Positions 28,908 through 42,338 of a DNA stretch of 64,000 bases are shown here, one piece after another. The position numbers and the translations under genes are program-made. Under the pieces are notes generated by a model. It saw only the letters and a list, made by a program, of their open reading frames with translations, was not told the origin of the DNA and did no database searches. Source of the stretch: Candidatus Latescibacterota bacterium (lineage in GTDB: Bacteria; Latescibacterota; UBA2968; UBA8231); contig OZ253462.1 in assembly GCA_965261395.1 (NCBI GenBank), positions 1,984,001-2,048,000 of the forward strand, in the 5' to 3' direction. The stretch's first letter is position 1. Each line of letters starts with the position of its first letter.

Positions 28908-31028
28908 ATGCAGCGCATCATCGCTTCGTGTTTTCTGCTCGTCCTGTCGATTGTGCCAGCGCACAGTCGTGGGGAATTTCGCGTCGGAGGAGACGACGGC
29001 AATCCCTGGCCCAGCCTGCTGTCTGAAGAAGGGGCCGGCGAGTACTGGTTCTTCGATGCCGAAGGCCAGTTCGTGAGCACCGAACCCGTGGGTGTCACGC
29101 CCCACGGCGCAGCCGCCGACACCCTCATCGACTTTGCCGACAACGCCATCGGGCCGCGCTTCATCGACCCGACGGTCAACCTAACCCTGACCGATCCCAA
29201 TTCCTCGGCCATAAAGATTCCCCTGCCCTATATCGGCGGCGAAGCCCAGACCACCGATGGCTGTGGTGCTGTCGATAACCATACTCCCGTAGTCAAGAAG
29301 CAATTCGATGGCGATGTGACCACCGCTCACTTTCGCCGCTTCACCCCAGGCCAAGGCATCTTTAGTGGCGGCACGATCATCGCCGGGGTCACCGGCGAAG
29401 GCTGGAAACAAGCGGTCGTCATAGATTTTCGTGCGGCCGTGCCCGTCAACCGCATCCGCTTCTTTCCCCGCCTCGGCCAAGAGGACGACCTATTGCTCAT
29501 TAACGAACTCACCGAGCCTCGTCCCTCTTTGGAAGCCTTTGGCGTAGATAGCTTTGCCAGCAACTTTCTCGCTTGGTATGAAATCCGCGTCGGCGACAAT
29601 AATGCGCGTTTTGCCAACAGCCCCTGTGACAAGGTCAGCCGCGTCACCAAGGGTCTGAACTGGGTGCGCAACCAAGATCCCCAGCTCACGGTGCTCGAAT
29701 CCAATCGCGAAAATCTCGATCCAGTAGTCGAACTGAGCTTCCCCACCGAGTCAATTCGCTGGATCACGGCCCAAGCCTTCCCTTTGCGCGACTGGGAGGT
29801 CGCCGAATTCGAAGTGTACGGCGAGGGCTTCGTCGAGGAGACTGTCCTCGTCACTCAGATCCTCGACTTTGGCCAGCCGATCAACTGGGGCAAAATTCGC
29901 TGGGACGCCGACGTGCCCGAGGGCACCCGCATCGAGGTCCGCACCCGCACCGGCAACACCCCCGATCCCAGCCTCTACTTCGCCGAAAACATCAATGGCG
30001 ACATCCGTCCCATCACCTTGGCCGCCTACGGAAAACTCGACCCGTCCGGCCGCCTGCCCACCGTGTACGACACCGACAACTGGAGCTTTTGGTCGCCGCC
30101 CTACGACTTTGCCGCGGGCTTGCGCGACAGCGACGCGCCGGCTGAGGCATGGCGCGACGGCACGCCGCTTTTGTCGCCCGGGCCGAGCCGCTACATCCAG
30201 CTCTCTTTTCGCCTGTTTTCTACCTTTACCACCTCGCCCCGCATCCGCTCATTCACACTCCAATTCGGCAATGCACCGGCCGCCCGCGCAATCCTCGGCG
30301 AGGTGTGGCCCATTGCAGTCGATTCCTTCGCGCCCACGGAATTTACGTACGTTGTCCGGCCGGAATTCAGCGCCGATGACACTGGATTCGACCGGCTAGA
30401 GATCCGCACCCACGCCCAAGTCCGCGCCGTCTCTGCGGTCAAACGCGACGGCACCGAACTCGATTTGGACGCCTTTGTTCCAGATATCCAAGCCGACCGC
30501 CTCGTGGTGTCCTTCCCTCGCCTGCAAGGCGAAGAGGACAGTTTTAAACAGCTCGAAGTGAGCTTTGTCGTGCCAGTCTTGCGCTTTGGCACCGAGTTTT
30601 CGGGCTGGGTCTTCGACAGCGACGACCCCGACCAGATCAAACAACAAATTCGCCCGGGCAACGCCACCTTTCGCTTTTCGGGCGACGCCCTCGCCGTCAA
30701 CACGCCCGTCGGCGGCCGGCTCCTCGTCGATATTGCGGTGACTTCCAACCCGCTCACGCCGAATGGCGACGGACTGAACGAGACCTTGGAAATCGCCTAC
30801 AAGCTGCGCGAAGTCACGGCTAGTCGCCCGGTGCGGCTGGCGATCTACAACCTCGCCGGCCAACTCGTGGTCGAGTTGCCGTCCATCACTGCTCGCAGCG
30901 GCGAATTCGCCCATCGCTGGGACGGCCGCGACGCCGCTGGGCAGCTCGTACCCCCAGGCACCTATATCTGGCGGCTGCAACTAGAAGAGAAAGAAGAACG
31001 CACCGGCATCCTCGCGGTCGCTTATTGA
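28908..31028 (+). CDS. secreted protein with discoidin-like and C-terminal FlgD/CHU_C-like domain (paralog 3)
   Basis: Signal peptide, RTRTG core, NPLTPNGDGLNE, WDGRD, ends LAVAY. Confidence 0.75.
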   Translation: MQRIIASCFLLVLSIVPAHSRGEFRVGGDDGNPWPSLLSEEGAGEYWFFDAEGQFVSTEPVGVTPHGAAADTLIDFADNAIGPRFIDPTVNLTLTDPNSSAIKIPLPYIGGEAQTTDGCGAVDNHTPVVKKQFDGDVTTAHFRRFTPGQGIFSGGTIIAGVTGEGWKQAVVIDFRAAVPVNRIRFFPRLGQEDDLLLINELTEPRPSLEAFGVDSFASNFLAWYEIRVGDNNARFANSPCDKVSRVTKGLNWVRNQDPQLTVLESNRENLDPVVELSFPTESIRWITAQAFPLRDWEVAEFEVYGEGFVEETVLVTQILDFGQPINWGKIRWDADVPEGTRIEVRTRTGNTPDPSLYFAENINGDIRPITLAAYGKLDPSGRLPTVYDTDNWSFWSPPYDFAAGLRDSDAPAEAWRDGTPLLSPGPSRYIQLSFRLFSTFTTSPRIRSFTLQFGNAPAARAILGEVWPIAVDSFAPTEFTYVVRPEFSADDTGFDRLEIRTHAQVRAVSAVKRDGTELDLDAFVPDIQADRLVVSFPRLQGEEDSFKQLEVSFVVPVLRFGTEFSGWVFDSDDPDQIKQQIRPGNATFRFSGDALAVNTPVGGRLLVDIAVTSNPLTPNGDGLNETLEIAYKLREVTASRPVRLAIYNLAGQLVVELPSITARSGEFAHRWDGRDAAGQLVPPGTYIWRLQLEEKEERTGILAVAY

Positions 31029-31153
31029 CAAACGGCGTTAAGTTGTTTATCCATTGAGGCACTAAGCGCGTGCCGAGCGCGCTGTATTTTTGTACATTTT
31101 GTACATATTGTTTTATACAGCATTTCTCACTTCTCCTAAGGAGGGTTTTCGCT

Positions 31154-32062
31154 ATGAAAGAGCGGAGCAAATTCGTCTTAGCGGCAGTCTTGGTCATGGG
31201 CCTGTGCGGTACGTCCTTTGGCCACGCGCCTCCCGGCGAGCTCTATTTCGCCGTGCAGTTCCCCGACAATCTCGTCCCCACCATGGACGGTGACCTGTCG
31301 GACTGGGACGTCGTGCCGATCGATCCGTACACGATCCGCAACGACCGCCTCTATTCGCCGGTGGCCGACATCCAGCCCGTGGGCCGTGGCGAAATCGATG
31401 TCAGCGACATTAACATCCGCCACCTCATCGGCTGGAACGACAGCGCCAACAAGCTCTACTACATGACCGAGGTCTTCGACAATGTCCACAACTTGGACCG
31501 CGAAAACCCCTCGGCCTTCTGGCAGGACGACGCCTGGGAAGTAGAGGTCAACCCGGACCACACGCCGACCGAGGACCATAACCTAGAAGGCGAGCCGGCC
31601 AACAACTTCAGCTACAAGTGGGCTGTGCCGCCGGTCGAAGGTGCCTATCAGTTCTACCGCCCGGTGAGCGCGCTCGAGTGGCTGGTAGATGGCAGCGAAT
31701 GGGTGGACTTTGGCTGGAGCTACGACGGCGAGCAGTTCGGCGAGAGCACCTATTATTACGAGCTAGCCATCACGCCGATCATCGCGTTGCCCAACGACGC
31801 GTCAGCCACCCCAGAGCAAGCCGTGGTTTTCGATCTCGCGGAAAACGAGATCATCCACACGTCCGTGACCGTGGGCGACTTCGACGAGGCTTGCACCGAG
31901 TGTGCGCTCGAAAGCTATCAGGGGTTCTGGACCATGTCGCCGGAAAGCTGCTGCACCGGGACCAATGACGTGGTGCTGGCAGAGATGGAGCCTTCGCTGG
32001 CGGAGATGGAAGAGACCGCCGTCGAGGACGTGAGCTGGGGCCAGATCAAGGCTGCTCACTAA
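31154..32062 (+). CDS. secreted CBM9/DOMON-like protein with C-terminal TAVEDVSWGQIK tail
   Basis: GAGG RBS, signal peptide, PTMDGDLSDW and WQDDAWEV motifs typical of CBM9-like folds. Confidence 0.7.
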   Translation: MKERSKFVLAAVLVMGLCGTSFGHAPPGELYFAVQFPDNLVPTMDGDLSDWDVVPIDPYTIRNDRLYSPVADIQPVGRGEIDVSDINIRHLIGWNDSANKLYYMTEVFDNVHNLDRENPSAFWQDDAWEVEVNPDHTPTEDHNLEGEPANNFSYKWAVPPVEGAYQFYRPVSALEWLVDGSEWVDFGWSYDGEQFGESTYYYELAITPIIALPNDASATPEQAVVFDLAENEIIHTSVTVGDFDEACTECALESYQGFWTMSPESCCTGTNDVVLAEMEPSLAEMEETAVEDVSWGQIKAAH

Positions 32063-32093
32063 GAAATCCGCGACTGCTTTTTCAGGGTATGCG

Positions 32094-32130
32094 AAAAGCC
32101 CTGCTTCCTTCGGGAAGTAGGGCTTTTTTT
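32094..32130 (+). terminator. intrinsic terminator
   Basis: AAAAGCCCTGCTTCC-TTCG-GGAAGTAGGGC followed by a T7 tract. Confidence 0.9.
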
Positions 32131-32348
32131 ATTATAACAGAGCCAAAGAGAACAACATGAGTCGTATCGAAGCGAACATACTGTTTGTGGAACCGCCCGA
32201 GTAGGCTCCGCTCTTCTGCCTGTTTTCAACTGGTCCCAATACTGGTCCCAGGATCGATGGATCGTAGGATAGCGTTCGTTCCAGGTCTCGCCGAATGTGA
32301 ACTGGTGCTCGCCCGTAAATTGAACATCATCCATAAAGAAGAAACCGC

Positions 32349-35641
<3,293 letters not shown>

Positions 35642-35642
<1 letters not shown>

Positions 35643-38600
35643 TGGCGAAGAAGAAGGCCAAAGCGACCCACAAAAAGCCGCAGGTGCTCTTCACCAGCAA
35701 GCTGGTGCTCAACCAGTGGCTGTTGTCGCTCTTCAACGTAAAGCGCTTCGAGGAACTGGCCGAACACCTACACGATGAGGCGCTGGAAGGGCTGGACGAG
35801 AACAACATCCACCGCTTCCACCACGCGCTCACGACGCATCACTCCGACCTGACGCAACTGCCCACCGAGTTGCTGCTGGAGTACGACCAGAATATCGTCA
35901 AGCACACGCAACGGCTGAACGAACGGCGGATCACCCGCGGCGAGGAGCCGATCATCTGGAAGTACTTCCAGTATCTGACCTTGCTCTTCAGCGAAATCTA
36001 CCTAGACCGCTACTTCCGCGATCCCAAGGCGCTGCTTGTGGATCTAAACGTGCAGGTGGCCGCCTACAACGCGGACAAGCCCGAGGCCGACCAGATCGCC
36101 GCCTTAGACGAAACCGCTGAAGCCTGGCCGCAACTAAACAAGCTCGCCTTCTGGATGGCCACCGGCAGCGGTAAGACGCTGCTGATGCACGCCAACATTC
36201 TGCAGTACCAGCACGCTCTGACCCAACACGGCCGGCGGCGCGAGTTGAACCGCATCCTCCTGCTTACGCCCAACGAAGGACTCTCGCAGCAGCATCTGCG
36301 CGAGTTTGAGGCGGCGGGCATCGACGCGGAGCTGTTCAACAAGGATGGGCGCGGGTTGTTTAGCGGGCAGAGTATAGAAATCCTCGACATCCACAAGCTT
36401 AAGGACGAGATGGGCGACAAGACCATCGCCATCGACGCCTTCGAGGGGAACAATCTGGTGCTCGTGGATGAAGGGCACCGCGGCGCAAGTGCAGGAGAAG
36501 AAGGCGCGTGGATGCGCTTTCGCAATGCGCTGTGCGAAAAGGGATTCTCCTTCGAGTACTCGGCCACCTTCGGGCAAGCGGTCAAGGACAGCCCCAAGCT
36601 CACCGAGCTGTACGCCAAGAGCACGCTGTGCGACTACTCGTACCGCTATTTCTACGCGGACGGCTTCGGCAAGGACTACCAGATCCTCAATCTCGACCGA
36701 GGAACGCAACAGAACCACCTGGAGCTGTACCTGGTGGCCTGTCTGCTCTCGTTCTTCCAGCAGCAGCGACTCTACCGCGAGCAAGGCGGCACCTTCCGAC
36801 CATTCAACATCGAGCATCCTCTGTGGGTCTTCGTCGGTGGAAGCGTGACGGCGACGCTCGCGAAAAAGGACGCGTCGGACATCGTGGAGATCTTGCAGTT
36901 CCTGGCCCGCTATGTGGCCGATCGCGCCGACAGCATCCAGCGCATCGACCAGATTCTCAACCAGGGCCTTGTCACCGCAACGGGCAAGAACCTGTTCGCC
37001 GGGCGCTTTCCGTATCTCAACACCTGCGGACTCTCGCCGGCGCAGGTCTTCGACAAGACGCTGGAGGCGCTCTTCAACGCCCCCGGTGGCGGCCAGCTCT
37101 ATGTCGAAAACCTTAAAGGCGTGACCGGCGAAGTGGCCCTGCGGCTGGGTGCCGATAACGAAGCCTTCGGCGTCATCAACGTGGGCGACGACACCAAGCT
37201 GGTGAAACTGTGTGAGGAGAACGGCCTTGCCACGGGTGAGCGGGAATTCTCGGGATCTCTATTCCACGAGATCAACCAGCCGCACTCCACGGTGAACCTG
37301 CTGATCGGCTCGAAGAAATTCACCGAGGGCTGGAGCAGTTGGCGCGTCTCGACTATGGGCCTGATGAACGTAGGCAAGGGGGAAGGCGCGCAGATCATTC
37401 AACTCTTCGGGCGCGGGGTCCGGCTCAAGGGCTTCAACCTGAGTCTCAAACGTAGCGGCAAGACGCAACTCCCCGAAGGCGTCGAGCAGCCCAAACACAT
37501 CGGCGTCCTCGAGACGCTCGGAATCTTCGGCATTCATGCCGACTACATGGCACAGTTCCGCGACTTCCTCGAAGAGGAGGGGCTACCCACCAACGATGAC
37601 CGCATCGAGTTCCTACTGCCGGTTATAAAGAACCTCGGCACACAGAAACTCAAGACGATCCGTCTCAGGAAGACGATCAACGGCATCAGCACCGAATTCG
37701 GCGACGCGTTTCGCAAGCTCGCCCCCGTCCCGACCGTCGCGCCGCCGGACCCCGCCGGTGATCCGAGTACCGAATACCTCCAGAGAAACCAAGTGGTGCT
37801 CAACTGGTATCCGAAAATCCAAGCGATGACGTCGGGCGGTCTGATTGGCGGCGATGCCGATGCCGCGCCGAACGAGGCCCACCTGACATCCCGCCATGTG
37901 GCCTTCCTCGATCTCGACCACATTTGCTTCGATTTGGAGCGATTCAAGGCCGAGCGCGGCTGGTACAACCTGAATCTCACACGGCAGGGGGTCGAGGCAC
38001 TGCTCGGCGACTCGAGTTGGTATCGCTTACAGATTCCCGCAGAGGAACTAGTCGGGGATTCCTACGAGAAGGTGCGCCTCTGGGAGGAGATCGCCGTTGC
38101 GCTGCTCAAGAAATACACCGAGCGCTACTATACCTTTCGCAAGCAGGAGTGGGAACTTCCTCACCTCGAATACCGCGACCTAGACGGCGACGACCCAAAC
38201 TTCCTCGGTGTGAAGGATTCGCCGCACGAAGGCTACCGCATCTTAGTCGACAAGTCGCAGGAGGAGATCGTAGCCAAGCTCAAAGAGCTCAAGACCGCCA
38301 TCCAGAAGGGCGAGCTCAAGCCTTGGGAATTCCAAGGCATGAAGGCCATCTGGTTCGGGAATCACTTGTACCAGCCGTTGCTCTGTCTTGACACGCACGT
38401 CGTCGAGATCAGTCCCGCGCCGCTGAACAAGGGCGAACGACAGTTCGTCGAGGACCTGAAGATATTCCACGACGGGAATGCGAATTTCTTCAAAACCCGC
38501 GAACTCTATATGCTACGGAACTTGAGCAGAGGTCGCGGTGTGGGCTTCTTCGAAGCCGGCAACTTCCACCCCGACTTCATCTTGTGGCTGATCGAGGACG

Positions 38601-38869
38601 CTCAGCAGCGGATCATCTTTGTGGATCCCAAGGGAATCCGGAACCTCGGGCCGAGTGATCCCAAGATTCAGTTCCACGAGACCGTCAAGGAGATCGAACA
38701 ACGCCTAGGTGATTCCGACGTGAGCTTGCAGTCCTTCATCGTCTCGAACACTCCATCCGCGACGATGCGGAGACAGTGGAATAAGGAAAAGAACGAGATG
38801 CAGAAGTGTAATATCCTTTTTCAGGAAGAGGACAAGGACAGTTACGTTGGGACAATACTGAATGGGTAA
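35642..38869 (+). CDS. res: type III restriction endonuclease subunit (SF2 helicase plus PD-(D/E)XK nuclease)
   Basis: TGATG coupling to mod; [29 protein letters not shown]...FVDPKG. Confidence 0.9.
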
Positions 38870-38887
38870 GCGGTGACCTTAGCACCC

Positions 38888-38903
38888 ATCAAGGCCGCTC
38901 ATT
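38888..38903 (+). repeat. imperfect direct repeat of 32045-32060 (IKAAH codons)
   Basis: ATCAAGGCCGCTCATT vs ATCAAGGCTGCTCACT, 14/16 identical. Confidence 0.6.
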
Positions 38904-38927
38904 GGTCTCCCTCTTTCAACAACCGCA

Positions 38928-38965
38928 CAAAAAAGCCGGCACCCCGAAAGGTGCCGGCTTTTTTG
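38928..38965. terminator. bidirectional intrinsic terminator
   Basis: CAAAAAAGCCGGCACC-ccgaaa-GGTGCCGGCTTTTTTG between convergent genes. Confidence 0.9.
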
Positions 38966-38986
38966 CGTCCAAATCGCGCGACGTGC

Positions 38987-39718
38987 TCACTCGCCGATCA
39001 TCTCCTGCATCTTAGCGGCAACCCAGTCAATGGCCACATCGGCCATCACCCGGCCTTTCTTCGGCGTGGCCAAGTCGCGGCCCGCCTCGAAGTAGATCGG
39101 GTCGCGCGGGGCGTAGCTCTCGCTCTGTATCTGGAGATTGGCCGCTTCGTAATCGACCCCCTTCCACTGTACGTTCTCGGGAAACGCCGCCATGGCAAAC
39201 GAGGTCTCAAACTCGGCTGCGTGCGCCGGGCAGTCCCCAGAGTCCATCACTTCGGCGACCAGCTCCTGCGAATACGCCGTCCAATACGAATAAAACTGCA
39301 CGTCCATGTCCAGCCGCTTGCTGAACTCCTCGACTTGGCCGCCCAAAGGGCCATTGCCGGCGTGGCCATTGCATATCAGGACGTGCTCAATCCCGTGCCG
39401 CTTGAGCGACTCGCACACGTCATAGGCCACGGTAAAGAAGGTCTCTGGCCGCAGGCTCAAGGTGCCGGGGAACTCCATCCAGTGCTCGGATATGCCTATG
39501 GACAGGGGAGTGGCCACCACCACTTGCGGATAGAGTTGCAAAGCCGCTTGGTGCGCCACATGCGCCGCGCTGGCGGTATCGTGCTCCATCGCCAAGTGCT
39601 CGTTGTGCTGTTCCGTGCTGCCGGTGGGCAGAATCGCCCCCTTGATCAGGCCCTGTTCCAGCCGCTCGCGCACGTGGCGGCGAGTCAATTTCCACAGCCG
39701 TACTTCTTCGACGATCAT
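38987..39718 (-). CDS. creatininase family amidohydrolase
   Basis: PTGSTEQH..HL...D, NGHAGN, HAAEFETS. Confidence 0.9.
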   Translation of the reverse strand: MIVEEVRLWKLTRRHVRERLEQGLIKGAILPTGSTEQHNEHLAMEHDTASAAHVAHQAALQLYPQVVVATPLSIGISEHWMEFPGTLSLRPETFFTVAYDVCESLKRHGIEHVLICNGHAGNGPLGGQVEEFSKRLDMDVQFYSYWTAYSQELVAEVMDSGDCPAHAAEFETSFAMAAFPENVQWKGVDYEAANLQIQSESYAPRDPIYFEAGRDLATPKKGRVMADVAIDWVAAKMQEMIGE

Positions 39719-39799
39719 CGTTCTACTCCTCGGGTTCGCGTTTGACAGTGCAACTCTCAGGGCCTATCATGCAAAATTAATTGACCGGAGACAACGCCC

Positions 39800-40714
39800 A
39801 TGCGCATCGCTTGCTGTTTTTTACTCTTGATCGCCCTGCCCCTAGCCGCCCAAACCGACCAGTACGAAGGCTTCGCCGGCTTCTGGCTCGAAAACGACCG
39901 CGCCGAGGCTTTTGCCATCGCCGCGCCCTATCCGCGGGTCCTCGCCTTCCGCCTCAAAGGCGGCGAAACCCCCCTCCATGTCTCCCGCGAATACGAATAC
40001 ATCGGCGTGCGCTCGTGGTTCTTCGAGCCGACGCAGATTCCCGCATCCGGGCTACCGGCCCTGCAACTGGCCACCGCTGAGATGACCGGCGCGCGCTCCG
40101 TGCGCCTCACCGCCGCCCCGGACGATAGCTCGGGCCTACAACTCATCATGGAGGTCGCGCTCGACAGCGAGCGGCCCGTGCTCCAGATCCGCCACGGCTT
40201 CAAAAACATGCGCGCCGCAAAGCGCCGCATCGCCTGTTGGGCCCTCAACGCGATCCGCCCCGATGCGGGCGTCGGCGTCGTACCCTGGCGCAGCACGGGC
40301 CGCCGCAGCTTGCTGTTCTGGCCGAGCACCGACCCCAACGAAAGCGGCATCCACCTAGGCCCCCGCGCCCTCGCGCTCGACTATCGGATCGAGCCGCAAA
40401 ATGGCTGGCACAAGGTCGGTACCAATAGCGACGCCGGTTGGATCGCCTTTGTGTGGAATGGAAATGCGCTCAAATCTACGGTCGCCCATGTCGCCAACGC
40501 CGAATACCCCGAAGACGGCGGCACGGTGACGATGTTCAACTCCACGCCTGAAGTATTCGACGGCAAGCCGCGCTTTGGCGAGATCGAAAACGTCGGCCCT
40601 TTGAGCGAACTGATGCCGGGCGACACTTTGTGGATGGAGCAAGAGCTGGAGTTGTTTACTGGAATTGAGACTGACGATCCCGAAAACTGGGTCGAAATGC
40701 TGGGGGGCGAATAG
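39800..40714 (+). CDS. secreted hypothetical protein (DUF4380/galactose-mutarotase-like beta sandwich)
   Basis: Signal peptide; YPEDG and EIENVGPL..L.PG motifs. Confidence 0.55.
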   Translation: MRIACCFLLLIALPLAAQTDQYEGFAGFWLENDRAEAFAIAAPYPRVLAFRLKGGETPLHVSREYEYIGVRSWFFEPTQIPASGLPALQLATAEMTGARSVRLTAAPDDSSGLQLIMEVALDSERPVLQIRHGFKNMRAAKRRIACWALNAIRPDAGVGVVPWRSTGRRSLLFWPSTDPNESGIHLGPRALALDYRIEPQNGWHKVGTNSDAGWIAFVWNGNALKSTVAHVANAEYPEDGGTVTMFNSTPEVFDGKPRFGEIENVGPLSELMPGDTLWMEQELELFTGIETDDPENWVEMLGGE

Positions 40715-40773
40715 CGGCCCAAGCCTAGAGCAAGATGAAGCGGATGTATTGGGTTCTTTTTAGGACCAGCCCT

Positions 40774-42249
40774 TCAAGCCCGCCATAAGTCGAGTTGCGG
40801 CCTGTCGCCGATTTCGATCAGCGATCCGGCCGCTTCAAAGGGCATGCGCCCGCCAATGCAGTACGTACATAAGTTGCGCTCGGGCAGGCCGGCGCGGGCA
40901 AAGGCTTCTAGCATCCCCTGCTGCGACAAGTAGATCACTGGCGTCCCCATGACCTCGCCAATGGCCTCGGCCGTGCGCCCACGTGCGATAAACTCGTCGC
41001 CCGGCGGCGGATCCGGCGGCATATCCACCCCAAAGGTGCATCCCCTCGGCACGCCATCGTCGCCGATTATGCCAATCGGCGGCGTGTAACTCAGCAAATA
41101 GGCCTGCTCGACGCCGGCCTGCTCGTAGAGCAAGTCGCAGGCGCGCTTGGAATTGTTGCCGCGGATGATGCTGTCGTCGATCAGGATCACGGTCTTGCCT
41201 TTGAGCTTTTGTGCCATCCCGGACAAAAGATGCAGGTTCTGGTCAATCGAGTTTTTGCGCTCGCCAGCGGTCGAACCTTGGAACGAACGCTCGCCGCGCA
41301 TCTTGTAGAACACGGGTTCAAAGGGCAGTTCCGCCTGTTTGGCATAGGCGCGGGCCGCTACCTCGGGACAGCGCGGCAGGTACGTAACTAGATCGACGTC
41401 GGGCGGCAGAAATTCCTCACTAAGCATTTCCCCTAGCGATTCGCGGATGCGGCGCACGCTGACGCCGCTGATGATCGAGTCGAGGTCGGTGATGTAGTTC
41501 CACTCAAAAAAGCAATAGGCTAGATTGGTCTGGACCACAACTTCCTTGCTGTAGTTTCCTTCGGGCGTGAGATAGTAGATCGCTCCCGGCTCCAAGTCTT
41601 CGACGTATTCGCCGCCGTTTTTGCGGAAGGCGATATCCTCCGAGGCCATCACGTACTTGCCGTCCTTCCAGCCGAGCACCCCGGGCTTGATCCCGGTGCG
41701 GTCGCGCATCGCGATCACGTCGCGCTCGCGCTTGTCGGCGATGGCCAAGGTGTAGGCACCGGGCACTTCCTTGAGGAAATTGTGCGCGCCGCGCTCGCGG
41801 TAGAGGTAGAGCAGGGCCTCGGTATCGCAGCTCGAATACAAGTGCAAGGGGGCCGAGTCCTCGAAGAAGACCCGGTCAATTTGGCCGTTGTGGACGGCCG
41901 CCATGTCGCAGTCCCAGATCAGGATGTGGTTGTCGCGGTGTTCGATTGTGCCGCCAATGACATGCGGATGCGCCTCCTCGAGAATTTTGTCCTTTGAGCC
42001 GCGAGTGGCGTAGCGCACGTGAGCCATGTAGGTGTGGTAGTTGGGGCTGAGGAAAATTTTGTGCAGGTCGGTTACGTCGAAGCGCGAGACCCCGCCCTTC
42101 CACTTGATCACGTCGATGCGGTCGTCGCCTACTGCGGCAATGCCGGCCGCCTCGCGGCCTCGATGCTGTAGCGAATGGATAAAGCGGTAGGCATCGTGCA
42201 GAGAGTGGGCTACGGTCAAACCGCAGTTGTGGCGAACGACTTCGGCCAT
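40774..42249 (-). CDS. purF: amidophosphoribosyltransferase (divergent)
   Basis: Propeptide then NCG, LQHRGREAAG, HVRYAT, HNG, PRPP loop IDDSIIRG, Fe-S cysteines CFFE/CTFG/CTYC. Confidence 0.85.
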   Translation of the reverse strand: MAEVVRHNCGLTVAHSLHDAYRFIHSLQHRGREAAGIAAVGDDRIDVIKWKGGVSRFDVTDLHKIFLSPNYHTYMAHVRYATRGSKDKILEEAHPHVIGGTIEHRDNHILIWDCDMAAVHNGQIDRVFFEDSAPLHLYSSCDTEALLYLYRERGAHNFLKEVPGAYTLAIADKRERDVIAMRDRTGIKPGVLGWKDGKYVMASEDIAFRKNGGEYVEDLEPGAIYYLTPEGNYSKEVVVQTNLAYCFFEWNYITDLDSIISGVSVRRIRESLGEMLSEEFLPPDVDLVTYLPRCPEVAARAYAKQAELPFEPVFYKMRGERSFQGSTAGERKNSIDQNLHLLSGMAQKLKGKTVILIDDSIIRGNNSKRACDLLYEQAGVEQAYLLSYTPPIGIIGDDGVPRGCTFGVDMPPDPPPGDEFIARGRTAEAIGEVMGTPVIYLSQQGMLEAFARAGLPERNLCTYCIGGRMPFEAAGSLIEIGDRPQLDLWRA

Positions 42250-42338
42250 AGACGAACCTCACTGAAAAATACTGAGAATGTGAAGGGAATGTAACGCAAA
42301 AACTACAGGCGACCGCACCATACGGCAAGGCCGCGGTG

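Noticed and set aside
18584-31028. Diversity-generating retroelement acting on the paralogous C-termini
   Set aside because: No reverse transcriptase, and no near-identical template/variable repeat pair differing at adenines
32228-32272. ACTGGTCCCA x2 and GGATCG repeats as a possible CRISPR or iteron array
   Set aside because: Only two very short units, no spacers of CRISPR length and no cas genes
38873-39745. 290-aa plus-strand ORF
   Set aside because: Antisense shadow of the creatininase gene and runs through a terminator
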